This document shows positions 36,307 through 51,542 of a stretch of 64,000 nucleotides of DNA, piece after piece (the first letter of the stretch is position 1; every line of letters begins with the position of its first letter). Position numbers and translations under genes: made by a program. Source of the DNA: Chrysomallon squamiferum. Taxonomy: Eukaryota; Animalia; Mollusca. Location of the stretch: contig CM022670.1 in the NCBI GenBank assembly GCA_012295275.1, positions 2,108,001 through 2,172,000 on the forward strand, in the 5' to 3' direction. The notes below the pieces were generated by a model. It searched no databases, was not told the DNA's origin, and worked only from the letters and a program-made list of their open reading frames with translations.

Positions 36307-37061
36307 GTAAGTACTAGTTCTTTTTTCAGTCACTGACTCTGTACAGTATTACACACCATTCAGTACTGATACTAGCACACGTGACAGAGTATTTCAGTCA
36401 GTTACGTGTACAGAAAATAGCTGAATGTGCCGGTGATACTTTAAACCGGTCTGTGTGCAGTCACTGCAGTGTTTTTGAATTGATTCTGACCACATAGCAG
36501 CTGTTGCAATATAGCAGTGGATTGTCCACTGAAGCTGTCGTTTGTTTCATAATAAATAGGTGGTAAATATTAAAAGACACAAATTGTTTATAATGTACAG
36601 AGAATTAAGAGGTATTTTAATCATTAAAATAATATGTAGTGTGTTACACTAAACCTTTAGTTCATGTTGTGAGTTGTGTTGGTAATTCTAAAAATATTCC
36701 TTTCTTTTAGAAAATCTTAGAAGGTTTTTGAATGTTTATTTTTGTAGTTTGTATTCTGCATTAAAAGTGATAATATATTTGCCATTTTGACAGAAGTAAT
36801 AATAATTATACACACACACATAATGCACATAAGCATGCATGCACATGTACAATATATACGTGCATTCTAAAATAAGAGAAAATGAAGATGCAATATGTAT
36901 ATCCTCAATCACACACACACACCATATATAGACACATAAAAATAGTGAACATCTTTCTCTAAACTGTTTTGATAATGCATCTTACATACATACATACATG
37001 TAATATATTGTATACTTGTATTCTAAAATAATAGAAAATGAAGATGAAAATTTTATGTATG

Positions 37062-37100
<39 letters not shown>

Positions 37101-37784
37101 GCTACTTAAAAAAAAGAGAAGATGCTGATATACATCTTTCTCTATACTTCTTTTTACAATGTATATTTGACACAACAGACACAATGAGGAGCCAATGTGT
37201 TTTTCACTATAACTACTTTGATACTGTACATCAGACAGATATCTTCTAGGTGACCAGCCAGTGATACAGTGAGTAGAAATTGGCCGGCAATCTGTAAAAC
37301 ATATCGCAGTGCAAAATACAAATTGTCAGTCACCTCTAACACATACCAGAAAACTCACACGTTTAATTTAATCCTGCAATTTCTGTAACACAATTTCGTT
37401 GATGGTTTTCTTTGGTAATAAAATTGATTTTGGGAAAGGAAAAAAAAAAAATGAAAGAAGAAAATTACTTTATCAGAGGAATGGTGTAGCTTCATATATA
37501 TTATTAAGTCAGACTTATTAACTTTCTGCAATTTTTATTTTTTATTTTTTTTGGATGAGAGTGTTCCTTCATATTTTATTTATTTTATTTTATTATTATT
37601 AGTTATTATTATTTTTTTTTTTTTTTTTAGCAACATATAATTTGGCTTGATAAATAATAACCGTATAGTTATTTGTCACAACTGGACTTCTTGTCTAGGT
37701 CAAAACTGAAGAGATAATCTTCACAGTTCTTTCAGATGTTGTAGTTGTCATGTAGCTTAGTGGTTACTACAGTCTGTCATTTAA

Positions 37785-37935
37785 AAGTTGTTTCCCATTC
37801 CAGCCAGTTCTACATAACTGTTTACCACAGCTGATATTTGTTTTTTGTTTTACCGTTTATGAGAAGGTGCACATGAAAGAATATTTGCTGCTATTTAATA
37901 GTCATAGTTCGGATGGTTTGCAGCAGCATCAGGTT
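37785..37935 (+). mobile_element. Degenerate SINE-like repeat copy
   Basis: TTTCCCATTCCAGCCAGTTC...GAAGGTGCACATGAAAGAATATTTGCTGCTA, the same family. Confidence 0.55.
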
Positions 37936-38723
37936 ATTTATTTTTGGATTTATTTATTATTCTTATTGTTGTTATAAATAATAATATTTATTTATTTATT
38001 TATTTTTGTGTGTTTGTTGGATGTGAATTTTAAATCATTTTTATGATCATCTTTTACTTCAGCCTGATTGAATATTGTATAAAATAACAGAGTGCAGAGA
38101 ATGGCAACAGCTTGAAATACAAAACAGTTAATCTTCAGTGATGCAGTGTGTAGCTAGTAGTGCACATACTTCATATGTTTTTGTATTACCAAGCAATATG
38201 TATGTGAATGTATATTTCAGCACGTGCCTATATTATATGTATATGTGTATCTATGCATATATGTATGTATGTGTATGAGTACATGTATATATATATTTTT
38301 TTTTAATCTGTACATAGTTTTGTAGGATTATATGTTTGTATGTTTGTGTATATATAGATATTGAAGTATGTATATGAATGCATATGTATGTATGTATATG
38401 AATGTATACTTATGTGCATGTTTGAATTTGTATTTATGTGATATGCATATACTTAATGTGTATAAATTAACAATTCTCTGAACTGTGCAGGAAATGTTTA
38501 ATTGTGTAAAACTCACAGCAAGTAACGTCATCTCTCAATCAGAAAAGCCACTTGTTACATTTGTCATGGAGCCGTGATAAGAACAGGAAATTTCAAATGA
38601 TATCACGTAAGTGGACTGATCCTGTGATCAGTTATATCCAACACAACCATTCTAAACACTTATCTACAGTATTGTGTGTGCTCTATGAATAGTCAGAGAA
38701 AGTGAGAATATAGCACTGAGATT

Positions 38724-38758
<35 letters not shown>

Positions 38759-40325
38759 CGTGTATGTGTATATGCATGCTTGTGTGGGTATGTATGTATG
38801 TACGTATGTGTGTCTGTGTGTGTCAGGGTATAGGAGTATGTGATGCTGTCATGTGTAACTGTGTGTGTCCAGTGAATCAGAAGGGATGTGAAACATTCAG
38901 TGAAAAAATCTTCACATAACAATGCTTAGCTAACAGAGCATGACCGTGTCATTGTGTGTCTACTTCCTCGACTTCAAACAACGATGAAGGTCACCTGGGA
39001 ACATTTTTACACAGCTTCACGCAAAGAATGTTTGTTAATCAAGGCAACCATATCGCCTGCATTGTGAAGTACTCTAGTTCTTGAAAGTTTTAAATTAATA
39101 TGAATGTTACATAAGTAATGAAATAAGATGTTTTGATACTTTCCCAGTTCAGTCTGTGTATGAGAAAATATCAAAATAAAAAACAGTACAAGTATAGCAT
39201 GCAGTTTAGAGTTGAGAGCAGTTCTGTAATATTTCTTATTCCTTTCAGTGCCCAGTGACTGTTTTATCAAAGGCCAGCATTTGTGCTCTTCTGTACTGTG
39301 AGAAAATGCCTGTAAAATATCGTTTTCTAATAAGTAATAAATACAGCCAGTGATGATGCAGAAAATCATGTCTGACATCTTACAACTGTTAATAAATAGC
39401 AAAGTTATAGACGAAATATTTATTTAATAATTTATTGATCAAATCTACAGTTATTCAGTTTAGATCCAGGATACAACAGTACTCTATAACAGCCATTTTG
39501 AGGCTGACCGCTTGACCACTGGACTGGTCAGTAAGAAACATGATCAGATTTTTTCCCCACTAAATTTTATCTTCACAGGTCACTGCATACTTGCCATTTT
39601 AATACGAAACAGCTTGATTCAGCTCTACTCTGTCATTTACTTCACTGGAATTCCTTTGATTTCAGGAGACTTGTTTTAGCTTTAAGGTTAGCCTACTTGT
39701 TTTCAAGGATAAGAAAATAAAAAGGAATATTTTATCTAGTTGTGTAGCTTGTTTTGTTTTTTTGCTGTAATTCTATTTTAATTGTTTATTTTATTTTATT
39801 TTATTTTATTCATTCATTTTTATTCGTGTATTTTTATTTTATTTTATTTTGTTTTATTTTATTTAAGTCATTTTATAGGGGATACTAATAAAAATCATCT
39901 AGTTAACACAAATTAATATTTTTGTAAGCAAAGAAAAACAGACTGATAATTAAAATATAATAAACTGGGCACTTTCAGTTTAATGCACATAATTCTGTTA
40001 CATGTTCTGTTTTTTCTCTAAACAACAACATCACTTTGTAAATGTTTATAAGTCATCAGTTTGGAAGTAAAGATAAAATTAAACATCTTCAACTGAAAAG
40101 ACATTGTTATGTGTTACATCTGGTCACAGTGTCAAAGTCCCAGCAAATTAATTAAAGATAAGATCATTTAATAACTCTGTGTATTTAACACTGTAATTAA
40201 ATGTTTTATGACACAGGCTGTTAGATGAATATTAATTCATTGAGGAGTATTAAAATGTTATTTTAATTTTATTTTATTTATTTACTATTATTTATTTTTT
40301 TATTATAATTATTATAGTATGTATG

Positions 40326-40371
<46 letters not shown>

Positions 40372-42454
40372 ATTTATTATTATTATATTTTTGTTTATTT
40401 ATTTATTTTTAATAGCAGAATGCATTTTCAGCAATTTTATCTCTGTTGGGATTTGTCCCATTCCAGTTAAATAAATAAATAAATAAATAAAATAATTAAA
40501 AAATAATTCCATAATTTCAATAATGAGATTCTTAATGTTATACCAGATTACTGTAAGTCACATTATGTAGTTCCTTTAATACCTGGTTATTAATTTATAA
40601 ATTTATCATACTTCATCAATCATAAATAAATGCAAAACAATATAACAGAAAATATTGCATAGATATATATGAAAAATTGCTGTAGATTGTTTGGGCTCTG
40701 TAGCTGTTTTTTTATTAATTTTAATAAATAGTAATAAAGATAGAAAACAGAGATGGTATCACATTAGTGTTTATAAATCATCTTGCCGTACAAACACTGA
40801 AAAAAAAACATTTCATTGTGTCAAGTGTAAGTATCTGCAGGTCACAACAGTGCAATACAGATTTATATCAAAGTTATGGAAAACTGAATAAAATGTCTGT
40901 AACTTTTATTTTTTTTTTTTATTTTTACCTTATATTCTAAATTTCTTGCAAGATAGATCTTATACATTAAAAAAAAAAAAAAAAAAACCCACAAGATTAT
41001 TCATCCTTTGGCATTCATTCATTCATTCATTCATTCATTCATTCATTTATTCATTCATTCATTTATTCATTTATTTTTATTTATCTAATTTTTTATAATT
41101 TTGATGTACTTGGTTTGGAAGGGAAATGGAAAATCTGTGTCAGTGGTTAAATAACAATGACGACTGGCTCCTTTCGCTCACAAAGGACCTGTCTACATTC
41201 ATTCCGTACACTTTATTTACAATGCAACAACCTCTGGCTACTTACACTAGTAAACCCATTGATCATTCATTCACAGCCACTCTCCTGCTGCACCATTTTA
41301 TTTCACTGACAACATGACAGAACACCCAATGGATGGATTCGACAATTACCATCAATTACGTGATGTCCAGAAGAATAATGAAGCTCGTAATGAAATTACC
41401 TGACAACAAAAGATGTATAATTTAAATCTTTTTTTTTTTTTACTGTATTTTGTTTTAAATGTGTGCTGTGTGTGGAACTGTCTCTGCGAGGCTTTGACAC
41501 ATAATCAGTTATTGATTTACTCATTTCTGTCAGATATCCATGATGATGGAACTGTTGTCATTTTATAGCAGTATTATGGCTGAAAGCTTATTACCAATGT
41601 TTATCCAAGAAGATTGAGAACATTCTTGCACGTTTCAGATGATATTCTAGAACTGGGTGTAGCAGTCACTGATCATTAAGTCGTAATGCCCTTATATTCA
41701 CTTGATCGTGTGCAAAAGTAAAATGCATCTGACAGATGAAATGAGAATACGCCTCATCTTTGTCTATCTTTCTCTGTATCCCTGTTCATGAAAATGCTGC
41801 CGTAATGAATCGGAGAAAAAAACATTCTTCTGGTTTTAGCACAGACAGAGATTGTTAGACCTAATAGTTTGAAATCACATACTGATATCATTTAGTGTGT
41901 TGAAACCTGATTTGTTGTGACTTTCTGAGCTGATTTCTGAATTATGCTGCTTGTTGAAATACGCACATAATAAACCAGTATTTAATCATAGAAGTATAAT
42001 ACATTTAACTTATCTGTATAAAGAAACAAATTACACCATATCTGCATCAGTCAATAATAGAGAGAAAGAGAGAGAGAGAGAGGGGGGGGGGGGGGGGGGA
42101 GGGGAGAGGAGGTGCATCAGAACTCAGAATGTTTCATATCCAGAGTATTGACTTAATCACTTAACCACTGACATCACCTCAGCCAAGGCTCTGTGTGATT
42201 TATTTTATGTATTTATGTGTTTTTCAATAGATTTTAAGGGCAAAATACTAATTTGAACAGTATGAGCAAACAGACTGTAATTTTCAATGGCATTCTAAAC
42301 AGTTAAATAAGTGGAGAATATTGATTTTTATTTTCAAGATAAACTTTCAAATGGGTAAATAGTAATTGAAACAAATGTTATTTTGGAGTAAAATTAAACT
42401 GTAATAAAGTTGTTTTAGAACTGAATCTAAATAAACTATATATTTTTGTTTCAG

Positions 42455-42512
42455 AATTGAAGCAGTGTACATAGATTGACGTGTATTATTTACAGACAAA
42501 TCAAAGGAAATG
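42455..42512 (+). other. Candidate small exon ending in ATG
   Basis: Acceptor TTTTTGTTTCAG| and ...GGAAATG|GTAGGC donor. Supported by splice signals only. Confidence 0.3.
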
Positions 42513-43929
42513 GTAGGCTTATTGGTGGGTCTTTCTTTTTAGTGTAGTCTGATCACATTACATTTTTGTTTAAAAGTGGATTGAAATAAATAGATTGCAT
42601 TACCTGTTTTATAGGTGAATCTACCTAAATTGTATTACCTGTGATATAATTAAACACAGTAAAATCTCACACAGTATTTTTGCATGTTTATCTGTAAAAC
42701 ATTAAATCATAATTTTACATAAAGATATATTTATTGTGTGTTTATCTGTAAAACATTAAATCATAATAAAGATAATCATTTATTAAGTTATAGTTATTGT
42801 CTAAAAGCTAATTTCACAGTGAAGTGTAGTGGTGCTTCACTTTTGGGGGTAATTTATAATGTCACTCATTTCACCAGTCACATCATTTTTGGGTCAAGAA
42901 CCGTTCTAAATCTGCTGCTGAAATGATACTTAATCTCTGTAATTGGTTTAGAGTGATTAATTTCAAATGCTTAGATCAGATGGGTGGTGACTGGAGAGGG
43001 TAACAAAGCAGTTATTTTAAACCACATCTGGATAGTAAAGGACATCTGGTTTTACAAGTGAGATGGTTTTACAGTGTTTGTTGTTTCAGTGCTGTTAAGT
43101 GGGCTAATAAACTTAATATGATATTAATTTAATTTGTTTTTAAAACAATTTTAAAATAGTTGCATCTGCCCACACTTAACAGGTATATAAATGAAAATAA
43201 AAATATGCATCTGTAACCATTCCAGAAAGTCTGTTGACTGTTTATAAGTTATGTTGAATTCCAAAGTTCAAACTTAGATTCATTTTGAGAAAACTAGTAA
43301 CAATACTCAAACTGCATCACATATGATACAGTATGGACATTTTTAATATAAAATTCCATAAAAAGTATCACAAAACAAGCAAAATGTTATATCTTGATTT
43401 TTCTTGAATAATCCTAATTAAAAAAAAAAAAAAAAAAAAATTATAATAATAAAGAATTCAAGGACAGATTTTGTTTGTGGGAGGGGTCTGAACTGAGTTT
43501 GTTGAATAAATCAAAGTAAGGTTACGTTATACAGAAAGGTTAGTGTTTATTCTCACCCCAGTTCCCCTGGGTGCAGCACGAATCACTGAGCTGGACACAA
43601 ACATCTTACATTTAATGTTACTTGAACTTAACTTGCCCTCTGTATACATTTTATTTCCATCAATCCATCAACAGGGAAATACTTTATTTGAAATAAAATT
43701 TTGATGATGAGAGGAAGACCTTTTGGTAAGATCATAAAATGAATTGAGATCTGTTCAAAGCCTGCAGCTGTAAGATATTCTGTAGAAGTAAAACAAAAAC
43801 AAAAGAAGATGAAAAAAGGGAGAAACATAAATAAAAACTTCTAAGTTACTTTAATATTAAATGATAAGGTTTTGTTTTTTTCAAGAAGCTTTATATAACT
43901 GATATGTGCATCTATCTGATTTCTCTTCT

Positions 43930-44030
43930 GTCTATTTTCCATGACTTGGTTTATCAAAGGCCATGGTATGTGCTGTACTGATTGTGTGAAAGTACATGCA
44001 AAGTGTTGCTTGTTCCAGTTGATGTAGCAG
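43930..44030 (+). mobile_element. Degenerate SINE-like fragment
   Basis: CCATGACTTGGTTTATCAAAGGCCATGGTATGTGCT is near reverse-complementary to TACATACCATGGCCTTTGTTATACCAGTTGTGG at about 45934-45966. Confidence 0.55.
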
Positions 44031-44250
44031 TTCAAAGTATCATGATAAACCTGTGTATGTATGTTTGTAAGTCTCAGACCTTGAGATTAAAATACACACG
44101 TTATCTTGAATGTCATATGTGCTCCTAAATAGAATTTTCATTAAATAAAACCGTACATGTTATTTTCTCCCCTTTTGAATGTTTAATAGTCTAGAACGTA
44201 ACAATATCTTGAACTTGATTCAAAGTCCCTAAAACTTCAAGATAGAGTGA

Positions 44251-44251
<1 letters not shown>

Positions 44252-44286
<35 letters not shown>

Positions 44287-44379
44287 GTATGTAAGTATGT
44301 ATGTATGTAAGTATGTAAGTATGTATGTAAGTATGTAAGTATGTATGTATATATGTATGTATGTAAGTATGTAAGTATG

Positions 44380-44410
<31 letters not shown>

Positions 44411-44577
44411 GTATGTAAGTATGTATGTAAGTATGTATGTAAGTATGTATGTATGTAAGTATGTAAGTATGTAAGTATGTAAGTATGTAAGTATGTAAGT
44501 ATGTAAGTATGTATGTATGTATGTAAGTATGTAAGTATATATGTATGTATGTAAGTATGTATGTATATATGTATGTA
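44252..44577. repeat. Compound (TATG)n/(TAAGTATG)n microsatellite
   Basis: Direct reading. Confidence 0.95.
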
Positions 44578-45835
44578 ATCTATGACTGCTCATAAGGGTT
44601 AATTATACACAATGGGTTATCAGACCAGGTCAGTGTAAGTAAATACTATCCCAGACATGTTAACATCGTTCACAATGTGTGTAAATTTAGCTTGTCATAT
44701 CAGTTACTGTTTTTAGAGAGTGGGTGTCTGGATACTCATTGTTCAGGTTCAGACAAACATTCTCCCAGTTTTAAAGATTTTTCATTTCTTATACTTATGC
44801 AACAGACTGTATAGATGGGGATTTTATTTTTCATGATTAATGAACAGTTTTTGGTGTCAGCTTTCAAACATTGTGAAACACAATATTCACTGAGTTTTAT
44901 ATTGTCATGTGATAAAAGGTTTAAATAGTTAAGAGCTTGTGAAGAGATTCTATTTCTTTTACTATGTTTCATTTCACTGGTAGATTATTTTACATCATCT
45001 TTTTAGCCTGTGTTAGAGGTGATACCCCCTCTTTTTGTATCTTATATGTGCACAAAAAAAAAATCTTTATTTTTAGGGATTTTGTATTCTTGTCTTAGGC
45101 ATGGTTTTTTTGACCTTTTATGAAAAAATGAAAACAGGTTGGCTTGTTATAAATAATTTAAGAATCAGTGGTTAAATATTGTTTAGGCAGATACTTTTTC
45201 TCATGGCAATCAAAATCAGAATGGACTTTTGTACACTAACAGTAAAACAGTGATAAATATGGCTTTAAAATAATCTATGTTCAGTAATGATATGAAATAA
45301 TACATTAAAAGAAAAGCAGAACAAGAAGAGTTTTGGACATTACGTTACACTTCATCATGTTTCCTTCAGTATGACCCTGTTTTTATTTTACAGCATTTCT
45401 CCAGGCCTTGTTAACAGTGGTTCTTTCTTCTTTCTCACAAACAGAACAAGCTTGCAGCTATCTCTTCACATAAAAGAAAATAATAGCTTATGCTTGGCTT
45501 GTCCTTTGAAATATCAATAACATGTACATTGTACTCACTAATGAGACCTCTTTTTGAACTTGATCTGCAGACATAAACTAAAAGAGGTAAATTTAACAAA
45601 CTCATGATGACGCATTGTTAATTACAAATACTTTCCTATGTGATTCAGTTTGAATAACAAAAATAACACATTTGTCGATTAGAAAATCATTTTTTTTTTT
45701 TTTTTTTTGTAAATTTAGAATTTATAAAAAGACAGAAAATGTTATGAAATGTGATATCATTGTTGCACATATGTTATGGCTTTGGAATAAATGAATTCAG
45801 AGTAGAAATAAGATAAATATAATCTTGTGTATATC

Positions 45836-46030
45836 AAGGAAAGAATTGTTTTATTTAACAACATTTGGTTAAAGACAATTTGCATAGTGAGAGAAATTAA
45901 CTTGTCTTTCATATGCAGCATCACACAGGGTAGTACATACCATGGCCTTTGTTATACCAGTTGTGGAGCAAAGGCTGGAATTAGAGAGAGAGAATGAATG
46001 GTTGTATCCACTCTAACTCTATGGTACATC
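45836..46030 (-). mobile_element. Degenerate SINE-like repeat copy including its 3' tail
   Basis: AAGGAAAGAATTGTTTTATTTAACAAC (tail) ... CTTTCATATGCAGCATCACACAGG...CATACCATGGCCTTTGTTATACCAGTTGTGGAGCAAAGGCTGGAA. Confidence 0.6.
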
Positions 46031-47400
46031 CAGTATGAATCAAGAGCTGCAGTTCATTTCCTGTTTGTAAATAATTCTGAAAACAAGTGATTTGAAACTT
46101 GATGATGATATCTGATTATTTAGGTGGAGTGGATTTTATGCTTATGTTATCAATTGTTGTACCAGTTTAAATATTTTTTAAAAATAGAAAAAAAAACAAA
46201 TGAAAAAAAAATTAAATTTAAGAAAAAAATGTTTATGCCATAATTTAAAAAGACAATGTTTATGCTGTTATATAAAAGGACAACGTTTTAAAATGATCTA
46301 AATGGTGAAATTTGTTTTTAAGTCATAAAAACAAGGAAGAAAACATTTAGGAAGGGCTCAGTGAAGAGATTATTGTACTTGTAACTGCAGTTACTGGAAA
46401 ACTGTCAACACAAAGTACTCTGCTTAATGATACACAGCTACTTCCTCATTACTCCTCACAAAAACCAAAGTTTTACAACAACAAAACAGAACATTATAAA
46501 TATTTAGATATCTGTCACAGAAACGTAACACTGAAGAACATTTTACATAGATCTTGACTGGTTAATGTATTTAAAAAAAAAAAAAACATGGCCCATATTT
46601 TTTTTCTTTTAAAACGGATAAATATTAAGAAAGAGTTTTGATGTTAATTAGTATGTTTGTGATTGTTTCTAGCTAAAGATCTGCCATGCATTGTTTGGAA
46701 AATGATCAACATCAGAGTTGTTAGACCACAACTTTTTGTTGTATAATTAAATACAAATATTCTTAATTGATTTAGTAATTTTTATTCTGGGTGTACATTA
46801 TATAATAAATACATTGACATGTTTGAACATTTCACTGATGGAAGATTGCTATAAATAGTCCAAACACAGAGGCTGAATTCAAATGCTACAATTATCAGAT
46901 AGTTTTGTGTTCCAATGGACAGAGTACGTTACACACACCAATTCACTGTTGGTATAATAACTGCTTATTATGTAACTGTCAGACTTCATGACTAAGACAG
47001 ATGAGTGTTAGCCACTCAGCTACATATAAATACAATACAATTTACTATCAACACTGAGAACTGTGCTAGTATGTTGACAGATTAGTGAAGAGTCCAGAGT
47101 CACAGCCTTTCATCCCTGCCGAACAGCCAGACTGAAGTACAAGGACAGACACATTATTTTCTGTCCTGTCAATTCAAGTCCAGTGAGTTTATCTCTGTCC
47201 TGTGTCACTGCTAGCTCTGATAAAATGTTAGGACTAAAAGTCAGCTACTGCTTCATGCTAGATATCATGAATATGTTGAATTCAGTTGAAAACAGTGCTT
47301 GATTCCACCAACATGCTTGTGTGTGGTCTTCTGGACAATGCTCCAGTCCTTTGAAGTTTAAAGAAAATAAAACAAATGTTTTTCAATCACTACAAACAAA

Positions 47401-47431
<31 letters not shown>

Positions 47432-47937
47432 AATAAACAACAAGAACAGTAATAATAATAAATGATTAAATAAATAAATAAATAAATAAGTTTTTGGACA
47501 CAGACATGACAGACTCAGTCTTGCTAACTGTGTTGCTGAGTGGATGGAGAGGACTGAGGGTTCAGATTATTACTTCCACTAATGCACTAGTAATCTCTGT
47601 TGTGTGTGCCTCCAGTCATTTTGTCTGCAGAAGGTGAAGAGGATAAAGTGGATCTAGTGATTAGTGAGTTTAAAGTGTTAATCCAGAATTCATTAGGTGG
47701 TACTGGCATGGGTCTGTCCATGCATGAAATTGGTTTTTCCATACAAAGGTGAAAATGCTGGAGCATGATCTGAAATCATCACAGTGCTGATAACAGAATC
47801 TGGTGATTAAAACTGTGCTCACAAAATATTTTCATTTATTACATATATTGAGGGGGGAGTTGATGTGTTGTAGTGTGTGTTGAAACTTTGATGTATTGTG
47901 CTGTGATTTTGTGTGTGTGTCTGTGTGTGTATGTGTG

Positions 47938-47969
<32 letters not shown>

Positions 47970-48354
47970 TGTGTTGTGTATGTGTGTGTGTGTTCTTTAA
48001 TAGATGTATAATTTACTGGGCATTTGCATGGAAATTTCTTCTTTGAATATGTGTATTCTTTAACACTGGAAAATTTATAACACATTTTTATGGGCCATTA
48101 TTTTTTTTAAATATAAATAGCATATATATTATAACCATATTTATATAACCCCTTTACAGTGTAAACTAATAAACTAAAATATAAAAAGCATGAATATAAA
48201 CATTAAAATAAATGTAAACATAATGGTGAACATGTTAAAATGGTGGTAATAATAAATGAGCCACATTTAAAAATTGTTTAAAATAATTAACAGACTAGCT
48301 TGAACATTTTAAAATTGGAAAAAATAAAACATGACTGTATGTTAACACAGTGGA

Positions 48355-48535
48355 TTTGAAAGACATGGGTCTTTAGTAGAGTTTTGAATGTAGTTCTTAT
48401 TTCAGTTTCCTCAATGTTACTTGGGAGTAAGCTGCACAAAGTCTGGACATGTGTAGTTGTTCTTGGTGTCACGAATCTTAATGAATTCTGTGATCACAGA
48501 GTCCTACTTGGCCTGTACACTTCCAGCAAGAGCTG
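48355..48535 (-). mobile_element. L2/CR1-type LINE ORF2 C-terminal remnant
   Basis: The minus strand reads LLEVYRPSRTL*SQNSLRFVTPRTTT...LCSLLPSNIEETEIRTTFKTLLKTHVF, matching the L2 ORF2 tail pattern Y.P.R.LRS...P.LWN.LP..I......FK..LKT.LF. Confidence 0.7.
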
Positions 48536-49539
48536 TAAATTACCTTAATGTAAATATTTTTTGGTGAAAACTGCACTGAATGCTTTGACAAGGATTACAT
48601 ACTAGGTGTTTATGCATGTTTATGTTTAATTAAATACCTTTGTGGTTATATTAAGATACTTTTTAACTCATAAAAGTAACATGGTTAAGTGCTTTGTGGT
48701 ATCAATTATGGTCATGTGTTTACGGGTACACACCAGTTTCCATTGTTTCTGTTCATTTCAAAAGTCTTACGTTTCATTTTATATCCAGTTCATGTGCTTA
48801 CACTCACGATTTAAATATTGAATTTCAGCTTTAATTTGAATTCAGATATTTTAATTAAAAACAAACTGAACTTCCATTCTATACGTTTTCATTCAAAATT
48901 GTTTTATGAAATTTTAGAAATGTATGTTGTGTGTGTGGGTGTATGTTAGTGTTTTGTGTTGGGTGTGTGACTCTTTGGTGTGCAAATCAACTGTTTTTAT
49001 GTGTTTTTTTTTAATCTATTCCATATTAAATCTCCATCTAAAAGTCTTGTTTTTAATTAATTTTTCATTCCAGAATTTTTAATTTTCTGTGTGTTTATTT
49101 ATTTATTTAATACAAATGTTTGCAGTTCTTTAAGTTTGGATTGTTCAGCCTTGCAGTAAAGCAGACCATTTCATTATCAAAGAAAACAATAGATTTTCAT
49201 CTGTTATGTTAATCGCATAAAACCAGATTTTGTTTTCTCTTTCAACCCTGTTGTTATTTCGCATGGCACATCATCTTGTTTTCTCACCCATTTTCGTCAA
49301 ACAAAGCTATTTTTCATAACCAAGACCATCATTTTCAGACATTCCCTAAAGGGCATTCTTTAAATGGACATCATACTTTGGAGGATCAATATTTTTTTGT
49401 GTTGATTAGGCCTTGCTGTGTCATATAGTGTAAACAATTTTTGTGCTCAGAAATTGATTTTTAATTAGTCCTTGGTACATCATTAACAATTATAGTATTA
49501 ATAATTTTAGGACCTGGAAATTAATTTTTTAATTAACTT

Positions 49540-50295
49540 TGATGCACCATACAATATTGACTTTTCTAGACCTTGATGCATCATACAATATCAGTATTTC
49601 TAGTCCTTGATGTATCATACACTGTCTGTATTTCTAGTCCTTGATGTATCATACAATATCAGTATTTCTAGTCCTTGATGTATCATACAATATCAGTATT
49701 TCTAGTCCTTGATGTATCATACAATATCAGTATTTCTAGTCCTTGATGTTTCATACACTGTTGACATTTCAAGTTCTTGATGTATCATACACTGTTGACA
49801 TTTCAAGTTCTTGATGTATCATACACTGTTGACATTTCAAGTTCTTGATGTATCATACACTGTCTGTATTTCTAGTCCTTGATGTATCATACACTGTTGA
49901 CATTTCAAGTTCTTGATGTATCATACACTGTTGACATTTCAAGTTCTTGATGTATCATACACTATCTGTATTTCTAGTCCTTGATGTATCATACACTATC
50001 TGTATTTCTAGTTCTTGATGTATCATACACTGTTGACATTTCAAGTTCTTGATGTATCATACACTATCTGTATTTCTAGTTCTTGATGTATCATACACTG
50101 TCTGTATTTCTAGTCCTTGATGTATCATACATTGTTGACATTTCAAGTTCTTGATGTATCATACACTGTTGACATTTCAAGTTCTTGATGTATCATACAC
50201 TATCTGTATTTCAAGTTCTTGATGTATCATACACTATCTGTATTTCTAGTTCTTGATGTATCATACACTGTTGACATTTCAAGTTCTTGATGACT
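49540..50295. repeat. 34-bp minisatellite, about 22 copies with interspersed variant units
   Basis: Constant CTTGATGTATCATACA plus a variable half (ATATCAGTATTTCTAGTC, CTGTCTGTATTTCTAGTC, CTGTTGACATTTCAAGTT or CTATCTGTATTTCTAGT(C/T)). Period 34 (49572, 49606). Confidence 0.95.
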
Positions 50296-51483
50296 CACTC
50301 ACATTTCTAGACCTGATACAACTATTAGCAGTTTTTCATATCATTTATACAGTATTAACAAGTTTTTGAATCTGATATAAATTTTGATTTAGTTGTGGAT
50401 AAAACATACAATTACCGGACATCAAAACAACTAAAATGACTGATTGATATGAAGTATTGTCAGTTCAAGGACAGTGAAGATGAAGTGTTAATATATTAAT
50501 ACAAAATTCAATGCTGATGATGTTAGCCACTATATTTTTATTAGTCTTTAATATTCCACACAATGTTTATATATATGGCAATAAAACTGATGCTTAATAT
50601 GTAATTTATAAAATTGCAGTATTAAACAAATTTGAAATGAGTGCTGAATTAGAAAATGGTACATCAAACAATATTAATAATTTTACCTCTTGACAGTATT
50701 AAAATAGTTAAGTGGTCTTTTAATTAGACGTTAGTACATCATACAGTATTTAAAATCTTCTGACTCGACACAATATTAAACATTTATAGAGATACCGAAA
50801 TGACCTTTTGTTAGTACATCGTACAGTATTAACATTATTAGGCCACAGAAACCTTTCAGATGAATATCAATGTTTAATTAGTATATCAGTACAGTCACTG
50901 AAAAGAAACGAACAATGAGAAGTGCTGGTTTTGCGACTAAAGCATTTGAGAGGATGTTGTAAACAGATTCGAGGCAGCACTTTGACGAATACAACAGCCT
51001 AAGAGGCTAATGGAAATAATATCTAATTATGAAGCTGCTTCATTACTGGTGGGGTGTTGGTTACGATGTTTTGCTACAATTTACATTGTTTCAAACCTCC
51101 AGGGGAAACAACCTGATAGTCAGTACGTCCGTCTGTAGTTGAGTTCATCCATGTTGATGCTTTAGAGAATTTCTATTAATTTTTGTTAAAAGAAATGTGA
51201 TATTCTGTGTACGTTTTCGTGCTGACTTTTTTGTTGATGTGTTGTTGATGTTGGCGTGTGTTTCAGCTATGTAATTAGTAATGTCAGTAATAAGTCACTG
51301 CACACCTGAATTTATTGAACTCCAGCGTGTGAATTGTATTGGATTACTTGTTGTTTGTGTGTACCACACATAGACACCCATAACAACGTATCCACCCACA
51401 CACATACACAATAACTCCCACCACAAAACCTAACAAACACAACAACAAATAACAAACATCCACCTAAAATAATAATAAGAAAA

Positions 51484-51542
<59 letters not shown>

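Noticed and set aside
49540-50295. CRISPR-like look of constant plus variable units
   Set aside because: The variable halves are a few recurring related variants, not unique spacers. There are no cas genes and the context is eukaryotic. It is a minisatellite.
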